Assembly: GCA_965199955.1 (NCBI GenBank)
Contig: CBDATQ010000001.1
Coordinates: 992,001-1,056,000, forward strand
Length of the DNA: 64,000 bases
Source: Spirochaetia bacterium
Lineage (GTDB): Bacteria > Spirochaetota > Spirochaetia > SZUA-6 > Bin103
Direction: 5' to 3'
The notes beneath the pieces were generated by a model, which saw nothing but the letters and a program-made list of their open reading frames with translations, was not told the DNA's origin and made no database searches. The position numbers were made by a program, and so were the translations under genes. This document shows, in pieces, positions 1 through 11,695 of this stretch (position 1 is its first letter; every line of letters begins with the position of its first letter).

Positions 1-2
1 CC

Positions 3-983
3 GTGCTGGCGGCGCTGGTGGTGGCGCACTTCAGCACCCGCGTCCGCCAGGGGCTGGTCGGCGGCAGCGCCGTCCTGGCGCTGGCCGCGACGGCGGTGTC
101 GGTGGTGCTGGCGGTGATCTCCTTCTTCGTCATCAGGGCGCTCTGTCTGTACTGCACGGCGCTGCAGCTCGTGAACCTGGCGCTGGCAGGGACCCTGGTG
201 TTCGGCCTGGCCGGTGGCGCCGAGCGGCTGAAGCGGGCGGTGAAGTCGATCGCCGGCCCGGCGATCGGGCCCGGCATCATGGCCGGCTGCATCGGCATCG
301 TCGTGGCGGTGGCCGCGACCTGGGGCCTGTCCTCGGGCGCGGAGCGGCAGCTTCTGGAACAGCAGATATTCGAAGCGCGCGACTCGCAGCGGCTTGCCGA
401 CCGCTACTTGGCATTCAGGCGCTTCGAGTTCGAGTTGACCGACAGCCCGCAGCTCGGCGATCCTGACGCGCCGATCACCCTGGTGGTCTTCGCCGACTAC
501 AACTGTCCGGCCTGTCACTACTTCGATCCCAGGATCGTCGAGGTGGCAAACGCATTCTCCGAGGCACGGCTGGTCTACAAGTTCTACCCGCTCGACGGCA
601 CCTGCAACCGATCCATGCCGAGCACCAGCCGCAGCACTTCCTGCGCCGCCGCGGCGGCCGCCTACGTCGCGTATCAGGAAGGAAAGTTCTGGGAGTACAG
701 CGACACGCTGTTCGCGAATTTCCAGCGGTACGGCCCGAACCGGCTGGTCGACTATGCTCAGAAGGTGGGCCTGAGCGATCCCGAGCTCGCCCGCACCGCC
801 CTGGACGACCGGAAGGTGCGCGCCAAGATCGAATCCGACATCGCAGAGGCGGGCAGAGCCGGCCTGACCGCCACGCCGACGCTGTTCATCAACGGCCGCC
901 AGTTCCTCCGCGCCCGCGTGCCGTCGAACCGCGACGAATTCTCGATCATTCGCTCGCTGATCGTCGAGGCCCGCGGCGGCTGA
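3..983 (+). CDS. VKOR-DsbA/thioredoxin fusion protein (5'-truncated by window edge)
   Basis: Hydrophobic helices with VKOR-type CLYC motif, then a DsbA-like domain (GDPDAPITLVVFADYNCPAC...ATPTLFING). Confidence 0.85.
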   Translation: MLAALVVAHFSTRVRQGLVGGSAVLALAATAVSVVLAVISFFVIRALCLYCTALQLVNLALAGTLVFGLAGGAERLKRAVKSIAGPAIGPGIMAGCIGIVVAVAATWGLSSGAERQLLEQQIFEARDSQRLADRYLAFRRFEFELTDSPQLGDPDAPITLVVFADYNCPACHYFDPRIVEVANAFSEARLVYKFYPLDGTCNRSMPSTSRSTSCAAAAAAYVAYQEGKFWEYSDTLFANFQRYGPNRLVDYAQKVGLSDPELARTALDDRKVRAKIESDIAEAGRAGLTATPTLFINGRQFLRARVPSNRDEFSIIRSLIVEARGG

Positions 984-984
984 G

Positions 985-2070
985 GTGCGCGAGCGAGCGG
1001 ACGCGGTCGCTGCAGCTCTCGACGCCGGCGTCGACGCGCTGCTCTGCCTGCACGGCGAAGGGTTGCCGCGAACCGACGTCCGCTACCTGAGCGGCTTCTC
1101 CGGCAGCTCGGCCGCCCTGCTGATCGCCCGCGGCCAGCGCGTGCTGCTCACCGACGGACGCTATCAGGAACAAGCCTGCACCGAGTGCCCGGACTGGGAG
1201 GTGGAGATACTCCCCGCCGGAGGAAACTCTGCCGAGATGATCGGCGAGTCCTGCCGCTCTCGGGGCTTCTCGCGGGTCGGGTACGAGCCGGAGGGCATCA
1301 CCGCCGGGATGCTGGACAGGCTCCGGGATGCCGGAAGCGCCTGCTTCGTGCCGGCCGAAGGACTGGTACAGGAACGGCGCCGGTGCAAGGCGCCGGAGGA
1401 GATCGCCAGTATCGAGTCCGCCGCACGCATGGTCGACGCCGCGCTGGACGCGACGGCCCGCCTGGCGCGCGCCGGAGCGGCCGAGCGCGATATCGCGCTG
1501 GAGCTCGAGCTGCAGATGCGGCGCCGCGGCTCGGAGGAGGCGGCCTTCCCGACCATCGTGGCCTCAGGCCCCCACAGCGCGCTCCCGCACGCGCTGCCGA
1601 CCGACCGCCGGCTCGCCGCCGGCGACCTGGTGTGCATCGACTGCGGCGCCACGGTGGGCGGCTACCGCAGCGACCTCACCCGCGCCTGGGTGATCGGCGA
1701 GCCCGACGCCGAACAGCGCCGCGTGCACGCCGCGGTGCTGCGGGCGCACGACCGGGCGCTCGCGCTGGTGGGTCCCGGGGTCGTCAGCGACGACCTCAAC
1801 GACGCCGCGCATGAAGAGCTTGCGGCCGCGGGCATCGGCGACTGGTGGCGTCACGGGGTCGGCCACGGCGTCGGCCTCGACATCCACGAGGCGCCGAGCC
1901 TGCGCGCCCGGGCCGGGAACGAGCTTGCCGCCGGTGACGTGGTGACGATCGAGCCCGGCGCCTACCGGGCGGGTTGGGGCGGGCTCCGGGTCGAGGACCT
2001 GGTGCTGGTGACGGAAACCGGTGCGCGCACGCTCAGCGCCGCGCCGACCGCCCTGCGGGTGATCGGTTGA
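985..2070 (+). CDS. Xaa-Pro aminopeptidase (M24B)
   Basis: Creatinase-like N-terminus (YLSGFSGS, TDGRY) and metal motifs DCGA, SDLTR, HGVGHGVGLDIHE, TIEPG, RVED. Confidence 0.92.
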   Translation: MRERADAVAAALDAGVDALLCLHGEGLPRTDVRYLSGFSGSSAALLIARGQRVLLTDGRYQEQACTECPDWEVEILPAGGNSAEMIGESCRSRGFSRVGYEPEGITAGMLDRLRDAGSACFVPAEGLVQERRRCKAPEEIASIESAARMVDAALDATARLARAGAAERDIALELELQMRRRGSEEAAFPTIVASGPHSALPHALPTDRRLAAGDLVCIDCGATVGGYRSDLTRAWVIGEPDAEQRRVHAAVLRAHDRALALVGPGVVSDDLNDAAHEELAAAGIGDWWRHGVGHGVGLDIHEAPSLRARAGNELAAGDVVTIEPGAYRAGWGGLRVEDLVLVTETGARTLSAAPTALRVIG

Positions 2071-2085
2071 GGGCGATTGGCCGAG

Positions 2086-2511
2086 TCAGGCGATCACGAT
2101 CTGGATGCGGTGCCCTGACTCCTCGTCCTGATAGTCCAGGATGTCGCACGGCTCGCCGGACCGCAGCGCCTCGCGGATGCGGTTGATGTCGACGCCGTGC
2201 TCGCCGAGCACGGCCGCGTGGGGAAGATCCAGCAGCGGAAGCGCGAAGCGGGCAAGCTGCAGCGGCAGCACCAGCGTGACCACGTGGCCGTCCCCGCTGG
2301 CGAGCGCGATGCGCACCTGCACGTCATCGGTGGCGGCCGTCTCCGCAGGTGTCTCCGGGTGCTCTTCGGCCGCCTCCTGCTCTGGCTGATCCTGCGGCCC
2401 TTCCTGCTCTTCGCCGCCGAGCGCCATGATCAGCTTCGAGCCCTCGTCCGCGGAGATCGTGCCCTGCTCCACCATCCGCAGCACCTGCTGCCGCTCTTCG
2501 CTCAACGCCAT
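2086..2511 (-). CDS. SHOCT-like domain hypothetical protein
   Basis: N-terminal EERQQVLRMVEQGTISADEGSKLI motif, acidic linker, small C-terminal domain; SD-like AAGGGGGTGA upstream. Confidence 0.7.
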   Translation of the reverse strand: MALSEERQQVLRMVEQGTISADEGSKLIMALGGEEQEGPQDQPEQEAAEEHPETPAETAATDDVQVRIALASGDGHVVTLVLPLQLARFALPLLDLPHAAVLGEHGVDINRIREALRSGEPCDILDYQDEESGHRIQIVIA

Positions 2512-2635
2512 CAGTCACCCCCTTCGATCAATGTAGCGCGCACGCGCCGACTCGCCAAACGCCGGATTCTGTGCGCCTCGTCCTGACCGTCGGTCGACCG
2601 GAGCATCAGATCGCCAGGATCCGGCGGGGCTCCTG

Positions 2636-2654
2636 GTATCATGCGTGATACACT
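2636..2654 (+). promoter_or_regulatory. Operator inverted repeat overlapping the -10 of vapBC-1
   Basis: GTATCA-N4-TGATAC (2636-2651) overlaps TACACT (2649-2654), which lies 7 nt before ATG 2662. Confidence 0.6.
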
Positions 2655-2661
2655 CACCCCT

Positions 2662-2898
2662 ATGGCACATGCAACCGTCAGAGACCTGCGAAACCACGGT
2701 CGAGAGGTCATCGATCGCGTGATCGCCGGGGAACGCCTCACGATCACCCGTTCGGGCCGACCGGTGGCGGAGTTGCGGCCGCTCGGACGGCGTGGCCCGG
2801 ATGGCGCGACGTTGCTGGCGCGCTGGAAACGGGTTCCGCGCGTCGACGTGGACGAGTTTCGGCGCGACGTCGACGCTATATTGGATCCCTCGCTATGA
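2662..2898 (+). CDS. vapB: Phd/YefM-family antitoxin
   Basis: ATVRDLRNHGREVIDRV...ITRSGRPVAEL prevent-host-death pattern; stop overlaps the PIN gene start. Confidence 0.88.
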   Translation: MAHATVRDLRNHGREVIDRVIAGERLTITRSGRPVAELRPLGRRGPDGATLLARWKRVPRVDVDEFRRDVDAILDPSL

Positions 2899-3350
2899 GC
2901 CCGAGCCAGCTTCCGGGCCGCGGTCTGCTCGACACCAACACGGTGATCCTGCTTCCCAGGCTTGACGATCCTCGGCGGCTCCCCGGCGAGGCGTTCATCA
3001 GCGCCGTCACGCTCGCGGAACTGTCGGCGGGCCCACTGGTGGCACGGACTGCCCGGGAAAGCGCAGCCAGGCAGGCGCAGGTTCAGCAAGCCGAGGCCGA
3101 CTTCGATGCGGTCCCGTTCGATGCGCCTGCCGCCAGAGCGTTTGGCCAGGTTGCGGCAGACCTGCGGACCGCCGGGCGCAAGCCTTCCGTTCGCGCGTAT
3201 GACGCGCTCATCGCAGCGACTGCCATCGCCAACGACCTGCCGTTGTACACGGTCAATCCCACCGGCTACGAAGGCATCACGTCGCTGCGGGTGGTCCCGA
3301 TTACCCACCCGGACGCTCGATTGTGCGACCTCGGATCGGTCGACTCATGA
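2895..3350 (+). CDS. vapC: PIN-domain toxin
   Basis: LLDTN, ISAVTLAEL, YDALIAATA motifs. Confidence 0.9.
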   Translation: MSPSQLPGRGLLDTNTVILLPRLDDPRRLPGEAFISAVTLAELSAGPLVARTARESAARQAQVQQAEADFDAVPFDAPAARAFGQVAADLRTAGRKPSVRAYDALIAATAIANDLPLYTVNPTGYEGITSLRVVPITHPDARLCDLGSVDS

Positions 3351-4171
3351 AGCGAGGCCGAGGACTGCTGGTCACGGATCTGGACGGCACCCTGCTTGGC
3401 GGCGACCGCCGGCTGCGCGACTGCGACCGGGCGGCGCTCGCCCGGCTGGGGCGAGAGGGGTGCCTGCGCGCCATCGCCACGGGGCGGCACCTGCATTCGT
3501 TCGGGATGGTGGAGTGCGAGCGGTTCCCGGTCGACTACGTGATGGTCTCCTCAGGGGCGGGGATTTACGACGTGCGCCATCGCCGGCTGGTTCGCTCGCG
3601 CTCGCTTACCCAAACGGAGACGGAGGCGGCGGTCCGGGCGCTGGACGCACTAGACCTCGACTTCATGGTGCACCGGCCGATCCCGGACAACCATCACTTC
3701 CAGTACCGGTGGTCGGGCCGGCCGAACGTCGACTTCGAAGAGCGCATGGAGCGGTATCGCGCGTTCGCGACGCCGCTCGACGGGCAGATAGGGCCCAGCG
3801 CGCAGTTGCTGGCCGTCGTGCCGGCCGATCGCTCGGAGCCGTCCAGCGACGACGTGGCGACTCTGCTGCCGGATCTCACCGTGATCAGGGCCACCTCTCC
3901 TCTGGACCATCGTTCGACCTGGATCGAAGTGTTCCCGCGCGAGGTGTCGAAGAGCCAGGCGGCGGCTTGGCTGGCCGCTCGCCACGGCATCCGCCGCGGC
4001 GACGTCTGCGCGGTCGGCAACGACTACAACGATCGCGATCTGCTGGAGTGGGCCGGTTCCAGCTACGTGGTCGCCAACGCGGCGCCCGAACTGCGTGCCC
4101 GCCACGACGTGGTCGCGGCCGGCGGGCACTGCGGCGTCGCGGAGGCGACCTGCCGGTGGCGGGGTTCCTGA
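3347..4171 (+). CDS. Cof-like HAD-IIB hydrolase
   Basis: DLDGTL, ATGR, SKS, GNDYND motifs; ATG 3347 overlaps the vapC stop (ATGA). Confidence 0.88.
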   Translation: MKRGRGLLVTDLDGTLLGGDRRLRDCDRAALARLGREGCLRAIATGRHLHSFGMVECERFPVDYVMVSSGAGIYDVRHRRLVRSRSLTQTETEAAVRALDALDLDFMVHRPIPDNHHFQYRWSGRPNVDFEERMERYRAFATPLDGQIGPSAQLLAVVPADRSEPSSDDVATLLPDLTVIRATSPLDHRSTWIEVFPREVSKSQAAAWLAARHGIRRGDVCAVGNDYNDRDLLEWAGSSYVVANAAPELRARHDVVAAGGHCGVAEATCRWRGS

Positions 4172-4235
4172 CACTCGGGCGCGAACACGTTGCTGCGCGA
4201 TACACCATCGGCGTTCGGTGGTTGGCGAAAGGGGA

Positions 4236-4256
4236 TGTATACAGCTAATGTACACT
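4236..4256 (+). promoter_or_regulatory. Palindromic operators and -10 of vapBC-2
   Basis: TGTATACA (4236-4243) and TGTACA (4249-4254) palindromes; TACACT (4251-4256) lies 8 nt before GTG 4265. Confidence 0.55.
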
Positions 4257-4264
4257 CGGCGAGT

Positions 4265-4507
4265 GTGACGAGAACACAGATCTATTTGACCGACGAGCAG
4301 AGGGACAGCCTCGGCAGCCGGGCTGTACGCACCGGAAGACCCATGAGTGAGCTGATTCGAGAGGCCCTGGACGAGTACCTCGGACGCCACGCAGACGAGC
4401 GCCGGCGGGACGTGCTGAGAGCCGCCGCCGGTCTGTGGGCAGATCGAGGCGACCTCGCTGAGATGCACGGCGCGCGCGCCACACTGGACAGAGACCTTTC
4501 GCGATGA
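4265..4507 (+). CDS. vapB: CopG/ribbon-helix-helix antitoxin
   Basis: RTQIYLT...MSELIREALDEYL...AGLWADR; overlaps the PIN gene start. Start placed at GTG 4265. Confidence 0.85.
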   Translation: MTRTQIYLTDEQRDSLGSRAVRTGRPMSELIREALDEYLGRHADERRRDVLRAAAGLWADRGDLAEMHGARATLDRDLSR

Positions 4508-4890
4508 ACCGCCTTCTCGTGGATACCGACATCGCGATCGATTACCTGCGCGGCGAGCGGGCAGCGGTCGCGTTTGTCCGGGAGCATGAGAAAGAGATCT
4601 CTCTGTCGGCGGTAACGGTGGCCGAGCTCTTTGCCGGTGTGAGGGAGGGCGATGAGACATTCGAGCTCGAGGAGTTCGTCCGATTGTTTCCCGTGATCCC
4701 GGTCGACCTGGAGATCGCGAAGATGGCTGGGCTCCATCGTCGCGACTTCGGGCCGTCCCACGGCACAGGTCTGGCTGATGGGATGATTGCAGCTACGGCG
4801 GACGGCCACGAACTGGAATTGAAGACGTTGAACACCCGTCACTACCCTATGGTTCGTCGCCTTCGCCCACCATACGTGCGACCTTCCTGA
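4504..4890 (+). CDS. vapC: PIN-domain toxin
   Basis: LVDTDIAIDYLRG, SAVTVAEL, ADGMIAATA, TLNTRHYP. Confidence 0.9.
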   Translation: MNRLLVDTDIAIDYLRGERAAVAFVREHEKEISLSAVTVAELFAGVREGDETFELEEFVRLFPVIPVDLEIAKMAGLHRRDFGPSHGTGLADGMIAATADGHELELKTLNTRHYPMVRRLRPPYVRPS

Positions 4891-4900
4891 GGCCTGAGGG

Positions 4901-4934
4901 CGGTCGCGGCCGGCTACCGGTCGCGGCCGGCTAC
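4901..4934. repeat. Exact 17-bp tandem duplication
   Basis: CGGTCGCGGCCGGCTAC x2 (4901-4917, 4918-4934); CCTGAGG x2 immediately upstream (4886-4899). Confidence 0.9.
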
Positions 4935-4998
4935 ATTGCGTCCGCAAGGCGCGCGGGCTGGGAACTCGAAGCGCTCGCCCGGTGCCCCCGCGACGAAG

Positions 4999-5007
4999 TG
5001 CTACAAT
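4999..5007 (+). promoter_or_regulatory. Extended -10 promoter of the Ku operon
   Basis: TG-C-TACAAT about 46 nt upstream of the Ku ATG. Confidence 0.5.
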
Positions 5008-5053
5008 CGAGCCGGCCCGGAGCCGAGAAACGAAGAGAGGCAGGTAACAAGAG

Positions 5054-5956
5054 ATGGCTCCACGATCGAGCTGGAAGGCGTTCCTGAAGTTGAGCCTGGT
5101 GTCCATGCCGGTGCGCGGATTCACGGCGAGCAAGTCGGGCGGCGACATCCGACTGAACCAGTTGCACAAGGATTGCAACACCCGCGTCAAGTACCAGAAG
5201 GTCTGTCCCGAGCACGGCGAGCTCGCCTCCGACCAGATCGTCAAGGGCTACGAGCACAGCAAGGGCGAGTACGTCATCATCGAGGACGACGAGCTGGAGA
5301 AGCTGCGCACGCAGAGCGACCACTCGATCAACATCGAGGGGTTCATCCCGCCCGACGCGGTGGACCCAGTATATCACGCGGGCCGCACCTACTACCTGGT
5401 CCCCGACGGCACGCCGGGGCAGAAGCCGTACGCCCTGCTGCACCGCGGCATGCAGGAGAACGGCGTGCACGCTCTGGCACAGGTGGTGATCAGCGGGCGC
5501 GAACAGATCGTGCTGCTGCGGCCGATCGGCGACCTGTTGGGGCTCACGGTGCTGTATCACCACGCCAAGGTGCAGTCGTCCGAGTCGCTGCGCGAAGAGG
5601 TGGTCGACGTGGAGGTCTCCGACCAGGAGCTGACGCTGGCCAACACCCTGATCGGCGCCTCCCGGATGCAGGACTTCGACCTGGCCTCCTACGACGACCG
5701 CTACCACACCAAGCTGACCGAGCTGATCCGCATGAAGGTGGAGGGGCAGGAGGTGGTCCAGGCCGAGGACGCGGAGGAGCCGAAGATCATCAACCTCATG
5801 GAAGCCCTCAAGAAGAGCGTCGCCGAGGCGCAGAAGGCCGGCACGACCGCCGAGGCCCCGGCCGCCGCACAGTCCCCGGCCGCCGGCGAGTCGCCGAAGA
5901 AGATGGCGCCGAGCGCGGGAGCGCGCCACCCGGCGGCGAAGAAGAAGGCGGTGTAG
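5054..5956 (+). CDS. ku: Ku DNA end-binding protein (NHEJ)
   Basis: RSSWKAFLKLSLVSMPV, LNQLH, IVKGYE, YYLVPD, INLMEALKKS; basic C-terminal tail. Confidence 0.95.
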   Translation: MAPRSSWKAFLKLSLVSMPVRGFTASKSGGDIRLNQLHKDCNTRVKYQKVCPEHGELASDQIVKGYEHSKGEYVIIEDDELEKLRTQSDHSINIEGFIPPDAVDPVYHAGRTYYLVPDGTPGQKPYALLHRGMQENGVHALAQVVISGREQIVLLRPIGDLLGLTVLYHHAKVQSSESLREEVVDVEVSDQELTLANTLIGASRMQDFDLASYDDRYHTKLTELIRMKVEGQEVVQAEDAEEPKIINLMEALKKSVAEAQKAGTTAEAPAAAQSPAAGESPKKMAPSAGARHPAAKKKAV

Positions 5957-5990
5957 GCATCTGCCGGACCTGCCGCGTCTCATTGCTCCG

Positions 5991-6863
5991 ATGCTGGCCA
6001 CCAGCGGCAGTCCGTTCGATTCCGCGGATCACCTGTTCGAGCTCAAGTGGGACGGGTTCCGCACCATGGCGCACGTCGAACACCGCTCGCTGCGGCTGAT
6101 CAGCCGCGGCGGCCGCGACGTGACCGCCCAATACCCGGAGCTCGCTCCCCTGGCCGCGCTGCCCGACGGCAGCGTGGTCGACGGCGAGATCGTCGCCCTG
6201 GACGCCGACGGCGTGCCCGACTTCGAGTCCCTGCAGCCGCGGGATCAGGCACGCGGTGCGCGGCGTGCCGAGGCACTGGCGGCGCGGCAGCCGGTCGGGT
6301 TCATCGCCTTCGATCTGCTCTACCGGGACTTCCAGCCGGTCATGGCGGACCCGCTGCGCGTCCGCCGGGAACGGCTGCTGCAGCTCGATACCCCGGAGCC
6401 GATGGCGATCTCGGAGGCGATCCGGACGGAAGGGCGCACGCTGTACGAGCGCGCGTGCGCGAGGGGCATGGAAGGGATCATGGGCAAGCGCCTGGACAGC
6501 CCGTATCGGCCCGGGAGGCGCTCGGACGCGTGGACCAAGATGAAGCGGCGGCTGCACGCCCTGTGCGCGATCGTCGGTTACCTGCCGCAGGAGACCGGAG
6601 ACATCCAGAGCGTCGCGGTGGCGATGGACCGCGACGGCGTGCTGACCTATGCCGGCCGGGTCGGCACCGGCTATGGCGAGGACGAGCGGCTGCGTCTTGC
6701 GCGCCTGCTGCGCAGGCGCGTGACCGATGGTGCGCTGGTCGAGATGCCGGCCGGCGCTCTGGCCGTACGGCCCGGCCTCTACTGCGAGGTCAGCTTCGTG
6801 GAGCAGACGCGTGCCGGTGTCCTGCGGGCGCCAGTGTTCGAGCGGCTGATCGAGGAGGCGTAG
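5991..6863 (+). CDS. ligD: ATP-dependent DNA ligase, stand-alone LigD/LigC-type ligase domain
   Basis: ELKWDGFR (KxDG), VDGEIV, FDLL, EGIMGK, WTKMK, OB-fold GRVGTG...LRAPVF. No polymerase or phosphoesterase domain. The true start may be a few codons upstream (CTG 5961). Confidence 0.88.
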   Translation: MLATSGSPFDSADHLFELKWDGFRTMAHVEHRSLRLISRGGRDVTAQYPELAPLAALPDGSVVDGEIVALDADGVPDFESLQPRDQARGARRAEALAARQPVGFIAFDLLYRDFQPVMADPLRVRRERLLQLDTPEPMAISEAIRTEGRTLYERACARGMEGIMGKRLDSPYRPGRRSDAWTKMKRRLHALCAIVGYLPQETGDIQSVAVAMDRDGVLTYAGRVGTGYGEDERLRLARLLRRRVTDGALVEMPAGALAVRPGLYCEVSFVEQTRAGVLRAPVFERLIEEA

Positions 6864-6865
6864 CC

Positions 6866-7798
6866 ATGAGCGAGGCGGTCGTGTCGCGGTTCACGACGGC
6901 GCAGCTCGCTCGCATCCTGGACCTGCCGCCAAGCGAGATCCGCCGCTGGGTGCGGAGCGGGCTGCTGCAGCGGGCACGGGGGGAAGGGCGGTCGGCGTCC
7001 TTCGACTTCAGGGACGTCGCCACCTCCCGCGCAGTGGCCGCGCTGACCCGCGCCGGCGTCACCACGCGGCAACTCAAGCGGTCGTTGCGCCAGATCGGCC
7101 GATGGCTGCCGAATGCGGACGACGTGCTCCCTCACCTGGAGGCAGCCGGGGACGGCGTCGGGGTGCGGGTGCGCCTGCGCTCCGGCGAGGCTGCCGAGCC
7201 TTCGGGTCAACTCCTGCTGGACTTCGCCGCCGAAGGCGATGGCGCCCGGCCGGCCGAGGAGCGGATCGTCGAGCTCTGCCCGCAGTCGGGCGCGGAGGCG
7301 CTACCGGACCCGGACGGCGCCGAGGCGTGGTTCGACGCCGGCGTGCACGCGGACGAGGCCGGCGCCCACGAGCAGGCGGTGGACGCATACGCGCAGGCGA
7401 TCGAGCGCGGTGCCGACTCCGCCGAGGTCTACTACAACCTGGGCAACGCCCGGTACGCGCTCGGCCGCGCCGCCGAAGCGGCTTCCAGCTATCTGCGCGC
7501 GGTCGAGCGGGAGCCGGACTACGTCGCTGCATGGAACAACCTGGGCAACGCCCTCATCGACACCGGCCGTGCCGCCGAAGCGGTCGACGCCTATCGCCGC
7601 GCGCTCGCCGTGGACCCGCACTACGCCGACGCGCACAGCAACTTGGCCGAGGCGTGCGTGCAGCTCGGCCGCACCCAGGAGGCGCGTCAGCATTGGCAGG
7701 CGTATCTGCGCACGGATCCGCACAGCACCTGGGCCGAGCAGGTCCGCCGGAAGCTGCTCTCGCTCCAGCCGCTGCCGGAGCTGGACATCCCCTTCTGA
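6866..7798 (+). CDS. MerR-like HTH + tetratricopeptide-repeat protein
   Basis: ATG 2 nt after the ligase stop; FTTAQLARILDLPPSEIRRWVRSGLL HTH; TPRs (YYNLGNARY, AWNNLGNAL, AHSNLAEA); ends ELDIPF. Confidence 0.85.
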   Translation: MSEAVVSRFTTAQLARILDLPPSEIRRWVRSGLLQRARGEGRSASFDFRDVATSRAVAALTRAGVTTRQLKRSLRQIGRWLPNADDVLPHLEAAGDGVGVRVRLRSGEAAEPSGQLLLDFAAEGDGARPAEERIVELCPQSGAEALPDPDGAEAWFDAGVHADEAGAHEQAVDAYAQAIERGADSAEVYYNLGNARYALGRAAEAASSYLRAVEREPDYVAAWNNLGNALIDTGRAAEAVDAYRRALAVDPHYADAHSNLAEACVQLGRTQEARQHWQAYLRTDPHSTWAEQVRRKLLSLQPLPELDIPF

Positions 7799-7823
7799 AC
7801 GCTGCCGGTGGGGAGGTGCGGCG

Positions 7824-10535
<2,712 letters not shown>

Positions 10536-10566
10536 TCCAGCCTGCGCGGGCGAGGGGACGGCGGCC

Positions 10567-11343
10567 TCAGGAGGACTCGGCGGCCAGCAGATCGTCGAAT
10601 ACGTCCCGGCCGCGCTGCAACTCGTTGATCATGCCCATGAACTCGCTGCCCTGCACCAGGAGCCGAGCGCCCTTGGCGTGGATGTCGGCGGTCAACGGCA
10701 CGTCGCCCGGCCGTCCCCACGCCTTGCCGTGGCGCGCCGCGGCGGCGGCCACCCGATCGGTGGCGGCGTCGATGTCCAGGTCTCCTTCGTGGTGCCGGAT
10801 GCGCAGGGTCAGGTCGGCGGGGCCGATGAACAGCCCGTCGACGCCCTCCACCGCCGCGATCGCGTCGGCGTTCTCGACCGCCTGCGGGGTCTCGATCTGC
10901 ACCACCACGAAGGTCTCGCGATTGACGTCCTCCGCGTAGGTCTCACCGGCGTCCAGGTAGTAGTCGCCGTCCAGGCCGGCGCCGTCCATGCCGCGGCTGC
11001 CGGTCGGCGGGAACTTGACCGCCTGCACGATCTGGTGCGCCCGCTCCGGGGTGTTGACCAGCGGGAACATCATGCCCGTGGCTCCGTCCTCCAGCACGCG
11101 GTAGAGCTGGGCGCCGTCGACCAGCGGCACGCGCACCATCACGTCGATGTCGACCAGGTGCGACAGCACCAGCAGCGACTGCAGCTCGCGCTGCTCCATC
11201 GCGCGATGCTCCAGGTCCAGCCAGATGCAGTCGAAGCCCAGGTGCGCGGCGTGGCGCATGAACGCGGGGATGTAGTGGCCGAGCCCGCAGATGCGCACGG
11301 CGCGTCCGGCGCGCAGCTTGGCCAGGGTCTTGCTGACTCTCAT
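10567..11343 (-). CDS. HpcH/HpaI aldolase family
   Basis: LDLEH, VRVP, VQIET, FIGPADL motifs. Confidence 0.9.
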   Translation of the reverse strand: MRVSKTLAKLRAGRAVRICGLGHYIPAFMRHAAHLGFDCIWLDLEHRAMEQRELQSLLVLSHLVDIDVMVRVPLVDGAQLYRVLEDGATGMMFPLVNTPERAHQIVQAVKFPPTGSRGMDGAGLDGDYYLDAGETYAEDVNRETFVVVQIETPQAVENADAIAAVEGVDGLFIGPADLTLRIRHHEGDLDIDAATDRVAAAAARHGKAWGRPGDVPLTADIHAKGARLLVQGSEFMGMINELQRGRDVFDDLLAAESS

Positions 11344-11364
11344 GATGAGCTCCTCTCGTTTCTC

Positions 11365-11667
11365 TCAGGTCTCGTCCACGAAGGGAATCTGGTTCGCTTC
11401 GCAGAACTTCCTGGCGCCGTCCAGGTAGCCGTCGAACAGCTCCTGGTTCCGGCGCCGGCGCATAAGCAGCGGATCCACGGTGCCGCGCACGTGCAGCTCA
11501 AGCACGTCGTCGTCCACGAACCGGTAGACGGCGAACGCCCGCTTCCTGGTCAGCCGGAACCGGACCAGGTCGTCGCAGCTCAGGTTGTGCACGGCCGGTT
11601 TCTTGGCTTCCGTGTCGATCAGTACCAGCTCGGTCTTGTCGAAGGTCAGTCGTGGGCGGGGTGCCAT
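11365..11667 (-). CDS. hypothetical protein
   Basis: 100-aa ORF with GC3-biased codons, fitting between co-directional neighbours with short gaps. Confidence 0.6.
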   Translation of the reverse strand: MAPRPRLTFDKTELVLIDTEAKKPAVHNLSCDDLVRFRLTRKRAFAVYRFVDDDVLELHVRGTVDPLLMRRRRNQELFDGYLDGARKFCEANQIPFVDET

Positions 11668-11695
11668 GCCGTACCGTACCCCGATGCGGCCGGCG

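Noticed and set aside
4282..5244. Long antisense and alternative-frame ORFs (also e.g. 17640-19760, 30715-32661, 59234-61303)
   Set aside because: Shadow ORFs expected in high-GC DNA opposite well-supported genes; Arg/Gly/Pro-rich with no motifs.
7796..7823. TGAACGCTGC recurring after stops (7796, 21144) as a REP-like family
   Set aside because: Only a 10-nt match and the downstream hairpins differ; compatible with chance.
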